From Reclinomonas americana ATCC 50394 (Eukaryota), in NCBI GenBank assembly GCA_048213135.1, contig PS015246.1:47179-88406 (forward strand): a DNA stretch of 41,228 nt, read 5' to 3'. The translations under genes and the position numbers were made by a program. The notes beneath the pieces are model-generated. The model ran no database searches, was not told the origin of the DNA, and was given only the letters and a program-made list of their open reading frames with translations. This document shows positions 26,178 to 38,870 of this stretch, piece after piece. Position 1 is the stretch's first letter. The number at the start of each line of letters is the position of its first letter.

Positions 26178-27162
26178 ATGGGCATCGAAGTGCCGTCTCC
26201 TCTGCCCGACAGCGTGTACCCCACCGACACTGACACGTTTCTGCTGTGCGATGCGTTGGAGGCGAAGCACGCGGCGATGAGCGATGCGCTGGTGTGCGTC
26301 GAGATCGGCTGTGGTGAGGCACTTTGATGACAACTTCAATTGGGTTCTGTGCGTGACTTGCATGCCCTCGCAGGATCGGGCTATGTGAGTGCGTTCTTGG
26401 CGAGGTTACTTGATGGGAATGCGGTGGTGATTGCCACCGATGTGAACCCGGAGGCTGCTCGGTGTGCGCGACAGGCGTTCGAGTTGAATGAGGTCTTGCA
26501 TGTTCTCGTCGCCTGCTTTGCTGCTGCGGCAGCAGTCTCACGCGCGATGACGGTAGTGTGGAGCAAGTGGCGAAGTGTGTCTCACCAGTCTCGGTGAGGC
26601 CATGTGGAGACGACTGGCCGGCACGGTCGATGTACTTGTCTTCAATCCGCCGTATGTGCCCACGGACTCGGAGGAGATCCCGCCCATCAACGCGCTGGTC
26701 GGTGCGTTTTTTTGCAGTCCTTCCCGCCCAGTATGAGGATTGGCGCAAATCGCTGAGCTGTGAAGCGAGCGCAGGAAACATTGCGTCGTCGTGGGCCGGA
26801 GGAGTCAAAGGTCGCGAGGTGCTCGATCACTTTCTTCCGCATGTGGCTGTTGCGTGAGCTGCTTGCGCCAACGTGTCCACTCTCGTTTCCTCTCCATTCT
26901 CTCTTTCCCCTTCTCCTCCCTTCTCCCTTCTCCTCTCTTTCCCGTTTTTTCTCCTTGCGCCTCACCCCCTCCTTTGCAGAACCTTCTCTCACCCACCGGC
27001 CTCTTCTTCCTGGTGGTGGTCGAGGAGAACGATCCACGCGACATTGCACGCGTGCTGGGGCGCGACGGACTGCGCGGCGAGGTGGTCAAGCGGCGCATCA
27101 CGGGCGGTGAGCGGCTATCGATTCTGTGTTTCAGTCGACGAGTGGCCGCGGCACCACCATGA
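26178..27162 (+). CDS. N6AMT1: HemK2/N6AMT1/Mtq2 eRF1 glutamine methyltransferase
   Basis: VYPTDTDTFLLCDALE, VEIGCGSG, ATDVNPEA, VDVLVFNPPYVPT, SWAGGVKGREV, LSPTGLFFLV..EN.P, ERLSIL. Confidence 0.93.
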
Positions 27163-27186
27163 GTGTATCTGTTTCCGTTTTCACTC

Positions 27187-28601
27187 TCACGCCATCCATG
27201 CTCTTACGCGGCCGGCCACATGCACTCTGCAAAACGGACATGCGTCGACCGCACTGGCACACACGGCGCACATGGTAAAGTGACCGCACGGTAGCAGTAC
27301 GGTGTTGATGCGCCGCGCGCAGCACAGACGGCACTCCATGGTCTCGGTCAGATCCTCGCCCTCCTCGTACTGCCGCTCGTCCTCCGGCGACAGCGTGAGC
27401 TTCTGCGGCACAATGAGACCGACATTCGGCAGCTCCACCATCTCCGCATGCGACTGCAATCGATCCAGCAGATCGTGATGCCGCAGCTGATTCACCGTCA
27501 CCAGCGCCACCGGCTCAAAGTGATCGCGCAGACCCACAGGTATTTGCACGCGATTCACCGCAGCGCACGGCGGCGCCGGCAACAAACCCACCAAATCTCG
27601 AATTCTGTGCTGTTGCGCACTCGCCGGTGCTTTCGGGGGCTCACCGGGTGGCGGCGGTGGTGTTGGCGCTCTGCCACGCACGTACATGGTGTCAGTGGCG
27701 GTGTGGAACAAAGAACGACACAGAAAAGATAATAAAAGACCTCACAGGCGCCGGTGGCGGCACCAACCCCTGGTTGAGAATAGACATTGGCGGCAGTGGA
27801 GGNNNNNNNNNNNNNNNNNNNNNNNNNNNNNNNNNNNNNNNNNNNNNNNNNNNNNNNNNNNNNNNNNNNNNNNNNNNNNNNNNNNNNNNNNNNNNNNNNN
27901 NNNNNNNNNNNNNNNNNNNNNNNNNNNNNNNNNNNNNNNNNNNNNNNNCGGCAGGAGGCCTGATGGTCTCGGCGGTGGTCCCGACTGCGACGACGGTGGC
28001 GATGGAGCAGAGGCGGCGACAGGTGCTGCCGAGGCTGCTGCTGCTGCTGCTGTGACGACAGCCGGTGGTGGTGCTGCGGGCGGTGGCGGTGACGAGTCTG
28101 CTGATGGCGGAGCGGCAGAGCCCCCCAGATGTGCCGGCCGCGGTGGCACGGGTGGTGGCGGTGCCGAGGTGATGATTATGGGCGACGAGGTCGGTGGCGA
28201 CGTCCCCGTCGATCCACTGGCGCCACCGAGACCAGGCGGCACATGCAGGGCCACGGAGGCCCGTTGTCGCGGAAACCTCGGGCCAGCCGGGTTTGGGTAC
28301 ATGAGTGTGGGCGCCGTCGGTGTGGAGGGCGCAGCCGCATAGCCGCCNNNNNNNNNNNNNNNNNNNNAAGAATAGGAGGTGGCGGAGGTCGCAGAGGCTG
28401 TGCGGGGGCTGCGGCTGCGGTCGCGGCGGTGTTGTGTGTGATGGGAGCGGGGATGTAGGCGGCGGGTGGAATGTAGCCGTCATCCGGTGCCGGAAGACGA
28501 GTCGACACCGGTCGCTTGGTGTTCCTGTTTGTGAGGTGAGTGAGTGAGTGTGGGGAGTGGGGAGTGTGGAGAGAAGGCGAGCGCAACTCCCGTGCGCTCA
28601 T
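27187..28601 (-). CDS. Proline-rich protein with C-terminal RING finger (C3HC4_3 type), probable E3 ligase
   Basis: ECRLCCARRINTVLLPCGHFTMCAVCASAVDACPFCR at the C-terminus; start exon MSARE|NTKRPV at 28601; two gaps inside. Confidence 0.8.
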
Positions 28602-30672
28602 TGTGCGATTGGCGGAGTGAGTGCGTACGGGACACTTAGACCGACGATTTGCGAGACATGAACGAGAGAGGAGGAGCGGCATCGGCCACAGGGCCTGCTG
28701 CTGCTGACTCATTAGCCACAGCACCCAAGGGAGCACCTGCAGCAGCAGCAGCAGCAGCAGCATCGGCGCGACCGCGCGGTGGCGAAGTCATCCCCACAGC
28801 GCGAGAAGATCCTCTCTTTGCCACCTCACGTATGGCGCGTGCAATGAACAGCCACACCACAGGCACGGGAGAGGAGGGTGAGCAGGTGGTCGACGAGACG
28901 CGAGTGACCACACGCGGTCGCACAAAGAAGCGCGCGGGGTGGCTCGGTCTGAGCACCTATCGCCCTCTGCATCGGCATTCCAAGTACTTTATCGCGGGTG
29001 TGTCGTTGGGAGAGTGGGCGGGTTGCTTGCTCTCGCCATGCATTGCTCATTCCTCTCTCTCTCTCTGTGCCTGTGTTGATGACAGCGGTGGTCACGGAGG
29101 CGGTGTTGCTCATGTCGCTGTCGCTGTTCTTGTTGATCAGCACAATCGTTCGTCAGTTTCGTGGATCGCTTTTGCTGATCGTCTTGGTGGCCTCTGTCGT
29201 GCGTCTGACGGTGTTGTGTGTGTGCATTGTAGGTGTCGCAACAGCCAAGGGCAGGAGATTAGCTGCCGCGAAGATCCGGTCACCACATATGCGGTCATCT
29301 TCTTCTTGGCGTGTCCATACAGCGTGTACACTGCGTTGCATGCGGTGCGCTGTTGCTTGCCGCGCTCTCCTTTGTATGTGTGCAGGCGCGCACTCACTCG
29401 GTTCGTCATCGTGTGCAGGTGTTTCNNNNNNNNNNNNNNNNNNNNNNNNNNNNNNNNNNNNNNNNNNNNNNNNNNNNNNNNNNNNNNNNNNNNNNNNNNN
29501 NNNNNNNNNNNNNNNNNNNNNNNNNNNNNNNNNNNNNNNNNNNNNNNNNNNNNNNNNNNNNNNNNNNNNNNNNNNNNNNNNNNNNNNNNNNNNNNNNNNN
29601 NNNNNNNNNNNNGAGGATAGGAGGTGGCGGAGGTCGCAGAGGCTGTGCGGGTGCTGCGGCTGCGGTCGCGGCGGTGTTGTGTGTGATGGGAGCGGGGATG
29701 TAGGCGGCGGGTGGAATGTAGCCGTCATCCGGTGCCGGAAGACGAGTCGACACCGGTCGCTTGGTGTTCCTGTTTGTGAGGTGAGTGAGTAGTGTGGGGA
29801 GTGGGGAGTGTGGAGAGAAGGCGAGCGCAACTCCCGTGCGCTCATTGTGCGATTGGCGGAGTGAGTGCGTACGGGACACAGACCGACGATTTGCGAGACA
29901 TGAACGAGAGAGGAGGAGGAGCGGCGTCGGCCACAGGGCCTGCTGCTGCTGACTCATTAGCCACAGCGCCCAAGGGAGCACCTGCAGCAGCAGCAGCAGC
30001 AGCAGCATCGGCGCGACCGCGCGGTGGCGAAGTCATCCCCACTGCGCGAGAAGATCCTCTCTTTGCCACCTCACGTATGGCGCGTGCAATGAACAGCCAC
30101 ACCACAGGCACGGGAGAGGAGGGTGAGCAGGTGGTCGACGAGACGCGAGTGACCACACGCGGTCGCACAAAGAAGCGCGCGGGGTGGCTCGGTCTGAGCA
30201 CCTATCGCCCTCTGCATCGGCATTCCAAGTACTTTATCGCGGGTGTGTCGTTGGGAGAGTGGGCGGGTTGCTTGCTCTCGTCATGCATTGCTCATTCCTC
30301 TCTCTCTGTGCCTGTGTGATGATGACAGCGGTGGTCACGGAGGCGGTGTTGCTCATGTCGCTGTCGCTGTTCTTGTTGATCAGCACCATCGTTCGTCAGT
30401 TTCGTGGATCGCTTTTGCTGGTCGTCTTGGTGGCCTCTGTCGTGCGTCTGACGGTGCTGTGTGTGCGTGTGCATTGCAGGTGTCGCAACAGTCAGGGGCA
30501 GGAGATTAGCTGCCGCGAAGATCCGGTCACCACATATGCGGTCATCTTCTTCCTGGCGTGCCCATACAGCGTGTACACTGCGTTGCATGCGGTGCGCTGT
30601 TGCTTTCCGCGCTCTCTTTTGTATGTGTGCAGGCGCGCACTCACTCGGTTCGTCATCGTGTGCAGGTGTTTC
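28368..30672. repeat. Near-identical direct duplication of about 1.06 kb (28368-29425 and 29613-30672) separated by an N gap
   Basis: The copies align end to end with only scattered SNPs and small indels, e.g. ggacacttagaccg vs ggacacagaccg and an extra GGA codon. Confidence 0.95.
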
Positions 30673-31979
30673 GCGAGAATCTGCTGGAAATGTACTTGTT
30701 CTGGGCCGTGACGGGAGTGCTCACGGCGATTGGTTGCGTCACAGTCCTCCCCGTCTCCGTTCAGCGAGGTCTCTCACGCACGACTTTCCATCCGTGGCAG
30801 GCTACTTTCACTTTTTCGCCACCACCCAGGTGCAGTACGTTCTGCAACGATAATGGTGATCTCGTCGTCTCACCCGTGACGCGTCATGCAGAGTATTTTG
30901 ACGACCGACATTCTCATTCTGGTGGTGGTGACGTTGGCGCTGGCCGTGCAACTCGTCTTTGGCATCCTCGCCATGCGCACCTTTGGCTATTTTGCGCTCG
31001 ACAAAGTGCGTTGTGTTGTTGTGCGCTTGATCTTGTTGTGTTTTGTGTTACTGACTCTTGTCTGCTTGCGTGTGTGCAGGTGGGGTGCGTGGTTCCTCCC
31101 TTCTTCATCGCCAATGTCATTCCCCCTTATACTCACCTCGCTCTGTGTTGTGTGTGTGTGTAGCGCAAGCAATGAACTGCGCAGTGAGTCCATCCACCAT
31201 GCACCCCTCGTGGTGTGCCAAGTCACGAACTCAACGCGCGCACCCTCACAGGCATGTTCATGCGACTGGAGCAGTTCAAGTGCCTCTGCAAACTCGACAT
31301 GCTCTTTGCCGTGATCTTGGTCGTGCTTGCCGGTCTGCTGGTGACCGACTACGTGCTCTCCGGCATCTTTAGCGCCGTGGTGCTGGCGTCGAGCATCGGT
31401 CTCTGCTTTGTGGGACTGTGGGCGGTGAGTGGACCACGCATGGATTTCCCTTTCAATATCCTCATGTCTTTCTCACGGCACTGCGTACAGGCGCGTCGCG
31501 AAAAGGAGCGCGGCATGGTGGCGGTGTTCGCCTTGGCCGCCATCCTGCCCATCTTTGTGATCTACAAGACCATTGAGATCTACTTGAACTCGAACTTTGC
31601 CGAGGTGCCGCGTGTGCCACTGTTCATGATGAGTTGCGTGGCCTCCATCCCTCCTTCTCGCTTCTCCCTTCCCGCTGACCCCCTTCATAAACGCAGTCAT
31701 GGTGGCACTGGCATGTCGCGTGCTTACCATTATTTCGGCCGTGGTGGTGCGACGAAACTTTAACAAGGGCCTGCGGAATGTGCTCGGTTGCGTTCATGAA
31801 TGCACAGTCTCTTTCTCGTTCCCTTTCTACCTGTGTTGACGCTCGCTGTGGCTGCAGACATGCGCGAGCGGGAGGAACGGGAGCGACTGGACGCCGAGAC
31901 GGAAATGTCGGATGTGGCGGCGCCGGCGCCGGTGTTGCAGCCGCCACGCAAGGTGGGCGGTCGCGTAATCTCTGTATAA
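29900..31979 (+). CDS. UPF0658-like multi-pass (Golgi) membrane protein; partial second copy at 28658-29425
   Basis: Spliced motifs AVFRENLLEM, FGYFALDK|VG|ASNELR|SMFMRLEQFKCLCKLD, ARREKERGM, RNFNKGLR resemble the family pattern as I recall it (ENxxEL; FGW..K.GA...R.MY..Q.F..LLKFD; NFGKGL). Confidence 0.7.
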
Positions 31980-32164
31980 AACGTAAACAGCATCGATCGA
32001 GGGGAGGTTGGTTGGTTGGCACGAGGCTGCTTTCACAATTNNNNNNNNNNNNNNNNNNNNCTTCATTTTTCAGCTCGCACGCATTCTGATTCTTCTTCTT
32101 CTTCTATACAAACACAAACTCGGGGTCGGCAACTGCCGTCAAAGAGGGGTGGGTGGGGAGCACC

Positions 32165-32710
<546 letters not shown>

Positions 32711-33505
32711 ANNNNNNNNNNNNNNNNNNNNTTTCAAACACTGATTCGAGAATGCGTGGGCGAGGAGCGGAGGAGGAGGAGGAGGAGGAGGAGGAGGGAG
32801 TGCATGTGTGTCTGAGAGTGGTGGTGCAAGAGAGAAAGGGTCAAAGACGTGAGTTGAGAGAAAATGGTGAGAAACCACGTCGAAATCGCGCGCGAAAGAA
32901 AACACACACAACTCAAACTCGACCGCCGGGAGCCAACACACAGTGGACGCACAGCACACACATATACACACGGTGGGAAAGAGGCAGATGGCGGCCACAT
33001 GAGAGTGGCGCCAATTTTTTTGTGCGACGAGAGAGAGAGATGGCCACACACACACACACACGCGCGCGCGCTCCCCGCACAATTCGTGCGAGAAGAATCC
33101 AACTCACACACACAAAAGACACACACACCACGTTGAAACGCAAAGTGCGGAGTGCGCGTGTGGTGTGGTGTGTTACATTTACATATCACACACACACACG
33201 AAGAGAGACACTCCACACAAAAAATAAAAAAAGTTGTGCATCAGACACCCTGCCCCTTTTCTGGCTCCTTACCTTGGCTCACGAGAGAGATGAAAAGAAT
33301 ATAAAACGCTTCATTGATCGGACGAACGTATCGATCGGTCGCTGGAATTGGGGCGGGGTAGGTCGAGCACACATCAGAAAGGCCGCGGAATTGCGCTGCG
33401 GTGCTTGGACTCGAATTTAATCGATCCTCATCACATTTTAATCAGAAGGACAGATTTAGATGCGCGAGCATCGATCACATTTTTTTCACCGCATTCCCTT
33501 TGCAA

Positions 33506-34844
33506 ATGACAGCCGAGCTCACAATCGAGCAGCGCAAGCTGTATGACCGCCAGCTGCGCGTGTGGGGCATGCAGGCACAACAGAGGTACATGTGTGCGCG
33601 CATATGATTGTTTGTGTGTGTGACTGACAACTTACGTGTGATGATGATGATGGAAAGAATGCATGCGGGTCGAGTGTTGGTCGTCGGCATGCGCGGCCTC
33701 GGCGCCGAACTCACCAAGAACCTGGTGCTGGCCGGCATTGGACGCCTGGACATTAGCGACGCGCAGGCGGTGACGGAAGGCGACGCGACATGCAACTTTT
33801 TCGTGCACGAGGAGGATGTGGGGAGGAATGTTGCGTCACACCTCTCTCGTGTGCAGCGCGACGAGGCTCACTGTGTATGTGCGTGCGTGTGCAGCGTGCG
33901 GAGGCGTGCTTGGGGCCGTTGCGTGAGCTCAATCCGACGGTGCGCGTGGAGGTGTTGCCGGGCTTCCCGCCGGCGCATTCCGCCGACTTGCCGGCGCTGC
34001 TCGAGCCGTACGATGTGGTGATTGTGAGCAGCGGGGCGTGCTCGGAGCAGATGCAGCGGGAGATTGCGTTGTGGTGCCACAACTCGAAGCGGCAGCGCGC
34101 GTTCTTTGCCGTGGCCATGCACGGCTTGCTGGGGGGCTTTTTCGCGGATTTTGGTGCCGAGTTTGAGTATGTCATGTTGCGTTGCAAACCCCCCTTCCCC
34201 TTCCCCGCTGCTCTCTCTCTCCCTCACTTGGGTGTGCAGTGAGCGACCACCGCGAGAGGAGGGCGGTGCGACGGAGCGCAGCTCGCACAAGGACTCGTTC
34301 TGCTCGTATGTCGACAGCCTGGCTGTGCCGCTGCATAAGATCAATCGACCAACGAGGGGTTTGGTGGCGTTGCGCGGTGCGTCTCCTCTCTTTCTCTCGC
34401 TGTCTCTGTCCCTCTCTTGTGCCGCTCACCACTCGTTCGCACACGCAGCTCTGCGAGCGAGGAAAGAGGCTCTGGAAGAGGGTCGTTTCGACGCCGCCGA
34501 CGAAGCCGCCTCCACCAGCTTCTTCCAGGAGTTTCTGGCCGTCGAGGGGCTGCCGGCCGACCACCTGCGAGGCTACATGGAGTTGCGTGAGAGGAGCGAC
34601 AGTGATGGGCGTGCCCTCTTGCTGAACGATGCAGCAAAAAACACAGGCAAGTCTTTCCCTCCAACGTGGACGTNNNNNNNNNNNNNNNNNNNNACACTTC
34701 ACGCCGACATGTGCAGTCATCGGCGGCTTCCTCGCGCAAGAAGTCATCAAGTTCTTCTCCAACAAGGACCCACCCACCAACAACTACCTCGTGTTCGATG
34801 GGTTTGAGTCTTTCGGCGCCGTGGTGGAGCCCGTGAAACCGTAG
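33506..34844 (+). CDS. SAE1: SUMO-activating enzyme subunit 1 (Aos1)
   Basis: LYDRQLRVWGMQAQQR, VLVVGMRGLGAELTKNLVLAGIG, GRN|RAEA..LRELNPTVRV, GLLGGFFADFG, PTCAVIGGFLAQEVIK..KDPPTNNYLVFDG; short ThiF-only E1 subunit. Confidence 0.9.
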
Positions 34845-34899
34845 AAAAGAGAGAAGGGACGGTGCGCTGTGGGACAAGTAAATCGCACGAGGAGAATGC

Positions 34900-37800
34900 A
34901 TGTTGGAGACAGTGGTGCTCGACAATGTGCACGTACTGCTGCGCCTCTTGACTCCCGACTTGCCGCCTCCGCCTCCACCGCCTACGCACCACCACCACCA
35001 CCACCATGACGAGGAGGAAGAGGAGCAGCTCGACGAAGACAAGTTTGAAGATNNNNNNNNNNNNNNNNNNNNNNNNNNNNNNNNNNNNNNNNNNNNNNNN
35101 NNNNNNNNNNNNNNNNNNNNNNNNNNNNNNNNNNNNNNNNNNNNNNNNNNNNNNNNNNNNNNNNNNNNNNNNNNNNNNNNNNNNNNNNNNNNNNNNNNNN
35201 NNNNNNNNNNNNNNNNNNNNNNNNNNNNNNNNNNNNNNNNNNNNNNNNNNNNNNNNNNNNNNNNNNNNNNNNNNNNNNNNNNNNNNNNNNNNNNNNNNNN
35301 NNNNNNNNNNNNNNNNNNNNNNNNNNNNNNNNNNNNNNNNNNNNNNNNNNNNNNNNNNNNNNNNNNNNNNNNNNNNNNNNNNNNNNNNNNNNNNNNNNNN
35401 NNNNNNNNNNNNNNNNNNNNNNNNNNNNNNNNNNNNNNNNNNNNNNNNNNNNNNNNNNNNNNNNNNNNNNNNNNNNNNNNNNNNNNNNNNNNNNNNNNNN
35501 NNNNNNNNNNNNNNNNNNNNNNNNNNNNNNNNNNNNNNNNNNNNNNNNNNNNNNNNNNNNNNNNNNNNNNNNNNNNNNNNNNNNNNNNNNNNNNNNNNNN
35601 NNNNNNNNNNNNNNNNNNNNNNNNNNNNNNNNNNNNNNNNNNNNNNNNNNNNNNNNNGAGGAGGAGGGTCGCAGCAAGCGTTTCCGACAACTGGTCGATG
35701 CCTCGCGTGCGGCCAACTTGCTGTCGCTGGTCGCCACGCATGCAGACGAGCTGCGACAGAGTGCACCCATCCGCACCGTCCTTCCGCGTGTGCTGGAGGT
35801 CCGTGTGTGTGTGTGCGCGTGATGAGATTGCATTGATGAATGACAATGCGGTGCATGCAGGCGGCGCTGAGCTCGTTTCTAGAGGATGGCGCGCATGCTG
35901 ACTCGCACTGCATTGCGACAGCTGTGCGCACGTGTGTGCTTCTCGACGCAGCATCGCTCCTGCAGCCGCAGGTGAGCAGTGTTTCTCACGAAGAGAACGA
36001 CGGTGATGACGATGAATGCTGATCGAATCACACGCAGGAGGTCCATCGCTGGGTGCTGGCGGTGCGGTCGTGGCTGGCCGACAGCGACAAGGTGCTCGTA
36101 GAGGCGTCGTTGGTGGTCCTTCAGCGACTGTGGGAGCAGCACGCGGCCGTGCATCTTCTTGAGTGCGTTTGTGGAGTCTTGTTTTTCCGCACATCTCCGC
36201 CCCTCTGCTGACTCTGCGAGTTCACCAGCGAGGCTTTCCCTGTGTTTCTGCGCGAGGTGATGCGCTCCATGGCCGATGCCAACTCGTATGTTGCGTGCCA
36301 GCGGCCCTGTTTTGTGACACGCGGTGATGGTGCTGATTTGTGCCCACAAACAGGTTGCTTCCGCCGCGGTGCATTTGATCAGCACAATCCTGTGCAGCGA
36401 CGGGCACGCGACAGGGGCGCAGGTATTGCATCTCTTCACGTGCGTGTGACAGAGTGCTTCACTGCTCTGCTCATCGGCGCCCTCACTGCAGCGAGCACTG
36501 GAGACTCTGGTGCAATCGATAGTGGCACCCAGCAGACCCTCCGAGGAACTCGTGGCCAGCACACTGGAGTCGTTGACCTTGTGCGTGAAGCTCAGTGGAG
36601 TACGTGGAGTCGACATGGTGCGCGCGCTGATGCAGGTGCGTGGCGAGGGCACATTGGTCGAGTGTGTGCGCTCCGGTTGCAGACTCATTGGTGGCTGCGT
36701 AGCAAGTGCCGTTTTCTCGACTCCTGCACAGCACCAGCTCCTTTGTGGTGAATCGCTGCATGTCAATGGTCACTCAACTGTGCACGCTGTCGGCGCTCGA
36801 TGTGCTGCTCCCCGGAGCGCACACTGTCGTGGAGGGTGAGCGTCACGCGCCCAGTGATGTGTGTCTCTCTGCAGGCTAACTTCCGTGAGTCAGGTCTGCA
36901 GCAGTGTGTTGATGAACTTATGACCAAGGACACGGTGGCTGCTTTGCGTACGGGCTGCTTGCTGCTTCGTGAAATGGCGACTGCTCCGCCCGACGTGTGT
37001 GTGTGGGCCTTGGCGACGTGCGGTACACTGTTGGAAGTGAGTGCCTTCCCAACACCCAACATGCGAATTGTTCCTCACATCTTCAACACAGTCGCTACTG
37101 GCTGACTCTGCAGATCGCCCATCGACGTGGCAGGTGAGAGATGCCTCACAGATGGCTTGTTGACACAGAGTCGCCCGCTCACTCTGTCCCCCGCCACAGC
37201 GAGTCAAAAAGCATGCAGTGAGTGCGTGTGGGCATGTTCTGCATGCCGCAGTACCTCTGTTGGAGGGCGTGCTGCAGCTGGAGCCAGACTCGGGTGCAAC
37301 GCATGCGGCGATTCGCAGTGTGCTATCACTGGTGCCCCTGGTGGTCAGCAGTCTGTCACACGGCGCGGCTGCGGCGACTCTGCACGCGCACACCATTGCT
37401 GGACTGGTGCATCTCTTTCGCCTGTTGGGTGCCGCCGAGCAGCAGCAGCAGCAGCGACGATTGTCACCGGCAATTGCCTGCGTGGTGGAGGCGTGCGCTG
37501 TGGATGTCATCGAGGTGCTGGCCCACTCGGCGTCCACTGCTGTCTTTGAGTTGCTCTTGCTCGAGGTTGTTCCGCCACTGGCGCTGCTTTCGTCGGCGGC
37601 TGGAGTCAGTGCGGCCACGGATGCTGCGCTGCGTGGACGTGTACAAGCCTGCATGTTTGATCCGTCGTCTGTGGTGCGATCGCACGCAGTGGAGGCTGTC
37701 GCTCGTCTCGTCGGCGCAATGCAAGTGGCCGCGACGGTGAGTGTGTGTCATTATGTAAGTCAATGTGTTATGCAAGCCCGCTCATATCTTGTCATGCCGT

Positions 37801-38760
37801 ACAGCCGCTGTGTGAATCATGGTTGGTGTTTGCCGCACAGCTGCAACAGCAACTGATTGACAAGCTGATGGACGTGTCGGCGGATGTGCAAAAGGCGTCG
37901 CTGGAGCTGCTGGTGGTCAGTCTGTCAGTTCTTCCGGGCCACCCCTTGAAGACTCGCTCACATGTGTGTCACAGGCCATGATGTTGTGGCGTCGACCGGA
38001 CCACGACCCCCTCATTGATGAGCACTCCAGCATCGAATGTCTCCACACGTGGCAGCCAGTGTTGCAGAGCGGCGAGGCCTGTACTCGACGGTGTGTCAAA
38101 TTTCCGAGTCACGAAACGTATGTCTCTGTCGCTGACTTTCACCTTGGGTACAGTGCTGTGTGGCACTGCTGCGTGCGACTCGTGGCGCACGAAGCTGTCG
38201 GGCGATCATTGTTTTGCGCTGCTGTGGAATCTGCCAGTGCGCCGTGGAGGTACGCTTCTTTCGCCAACAGTGTTTCTTGCAAACTCCATCTCATTCCACG
38301 TTGTGAAACAGAGACGCACTGCAGCGCAGCGCCGAGGCCTCCGAGTTCGACGTGCAACTTGTCTGCTTGGAGTTTCTGTGTCAACTCCTCGACGGTGGCA
38401 TGTCGGAGCTGTGGAGGGCAGTCGATGGCACTCGTCATTTGCGCACCATGGTTCGACGAGTGTCTCCATGCACTCTTGCTGCACTTCCCCCGCTGACCTG
38501 TGTGCACGTAGCTCGATGTAGGCGAGGCTGTTGTGCGTCTGCGTGTGCTTGAGGTTGTCACCGCGTGGAGAAAGAGCGATACTGCTACTGCGTGGCAGCA
38601 CTCTGCAGCATCCCAAGTCATGAGTGCGTTGAGTGGCGATGGCGCAACGACCATGATGCAGGAGCTGCGTGGCGAGCTCGACGAGGATCAACGAGAGCGC
38701 GAATGGAATCACCTGCTCGTCGGAGAAGAGACAGACACAGGGCACATGGACTGCTTCTGA
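34900..38760 (+). CDS. BRAT1-like ARM/HEAT-repeat protein
   Basis: Multi-exon Leu/Ala/Val-rich helical repeats (DANSY|VASAA, DPSSVVRSHAVEAV, DVSADVQKASLELL) and an acidic C-terminus ending GHMDCF*, like the terminal DCY of BRAT1; large gap at 35053-35657. Confidence 0.6.
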
Positions 38761-38870
38761 CGCTTGCGCGAGGTGAATACATGAATATTTCTTCTCAGTG
38801 CGTGGTGCCGTCCACCAGCGAGCACGAGCCGTACCTCCCCATAACAAATCGAAACGCACACACACACAAA

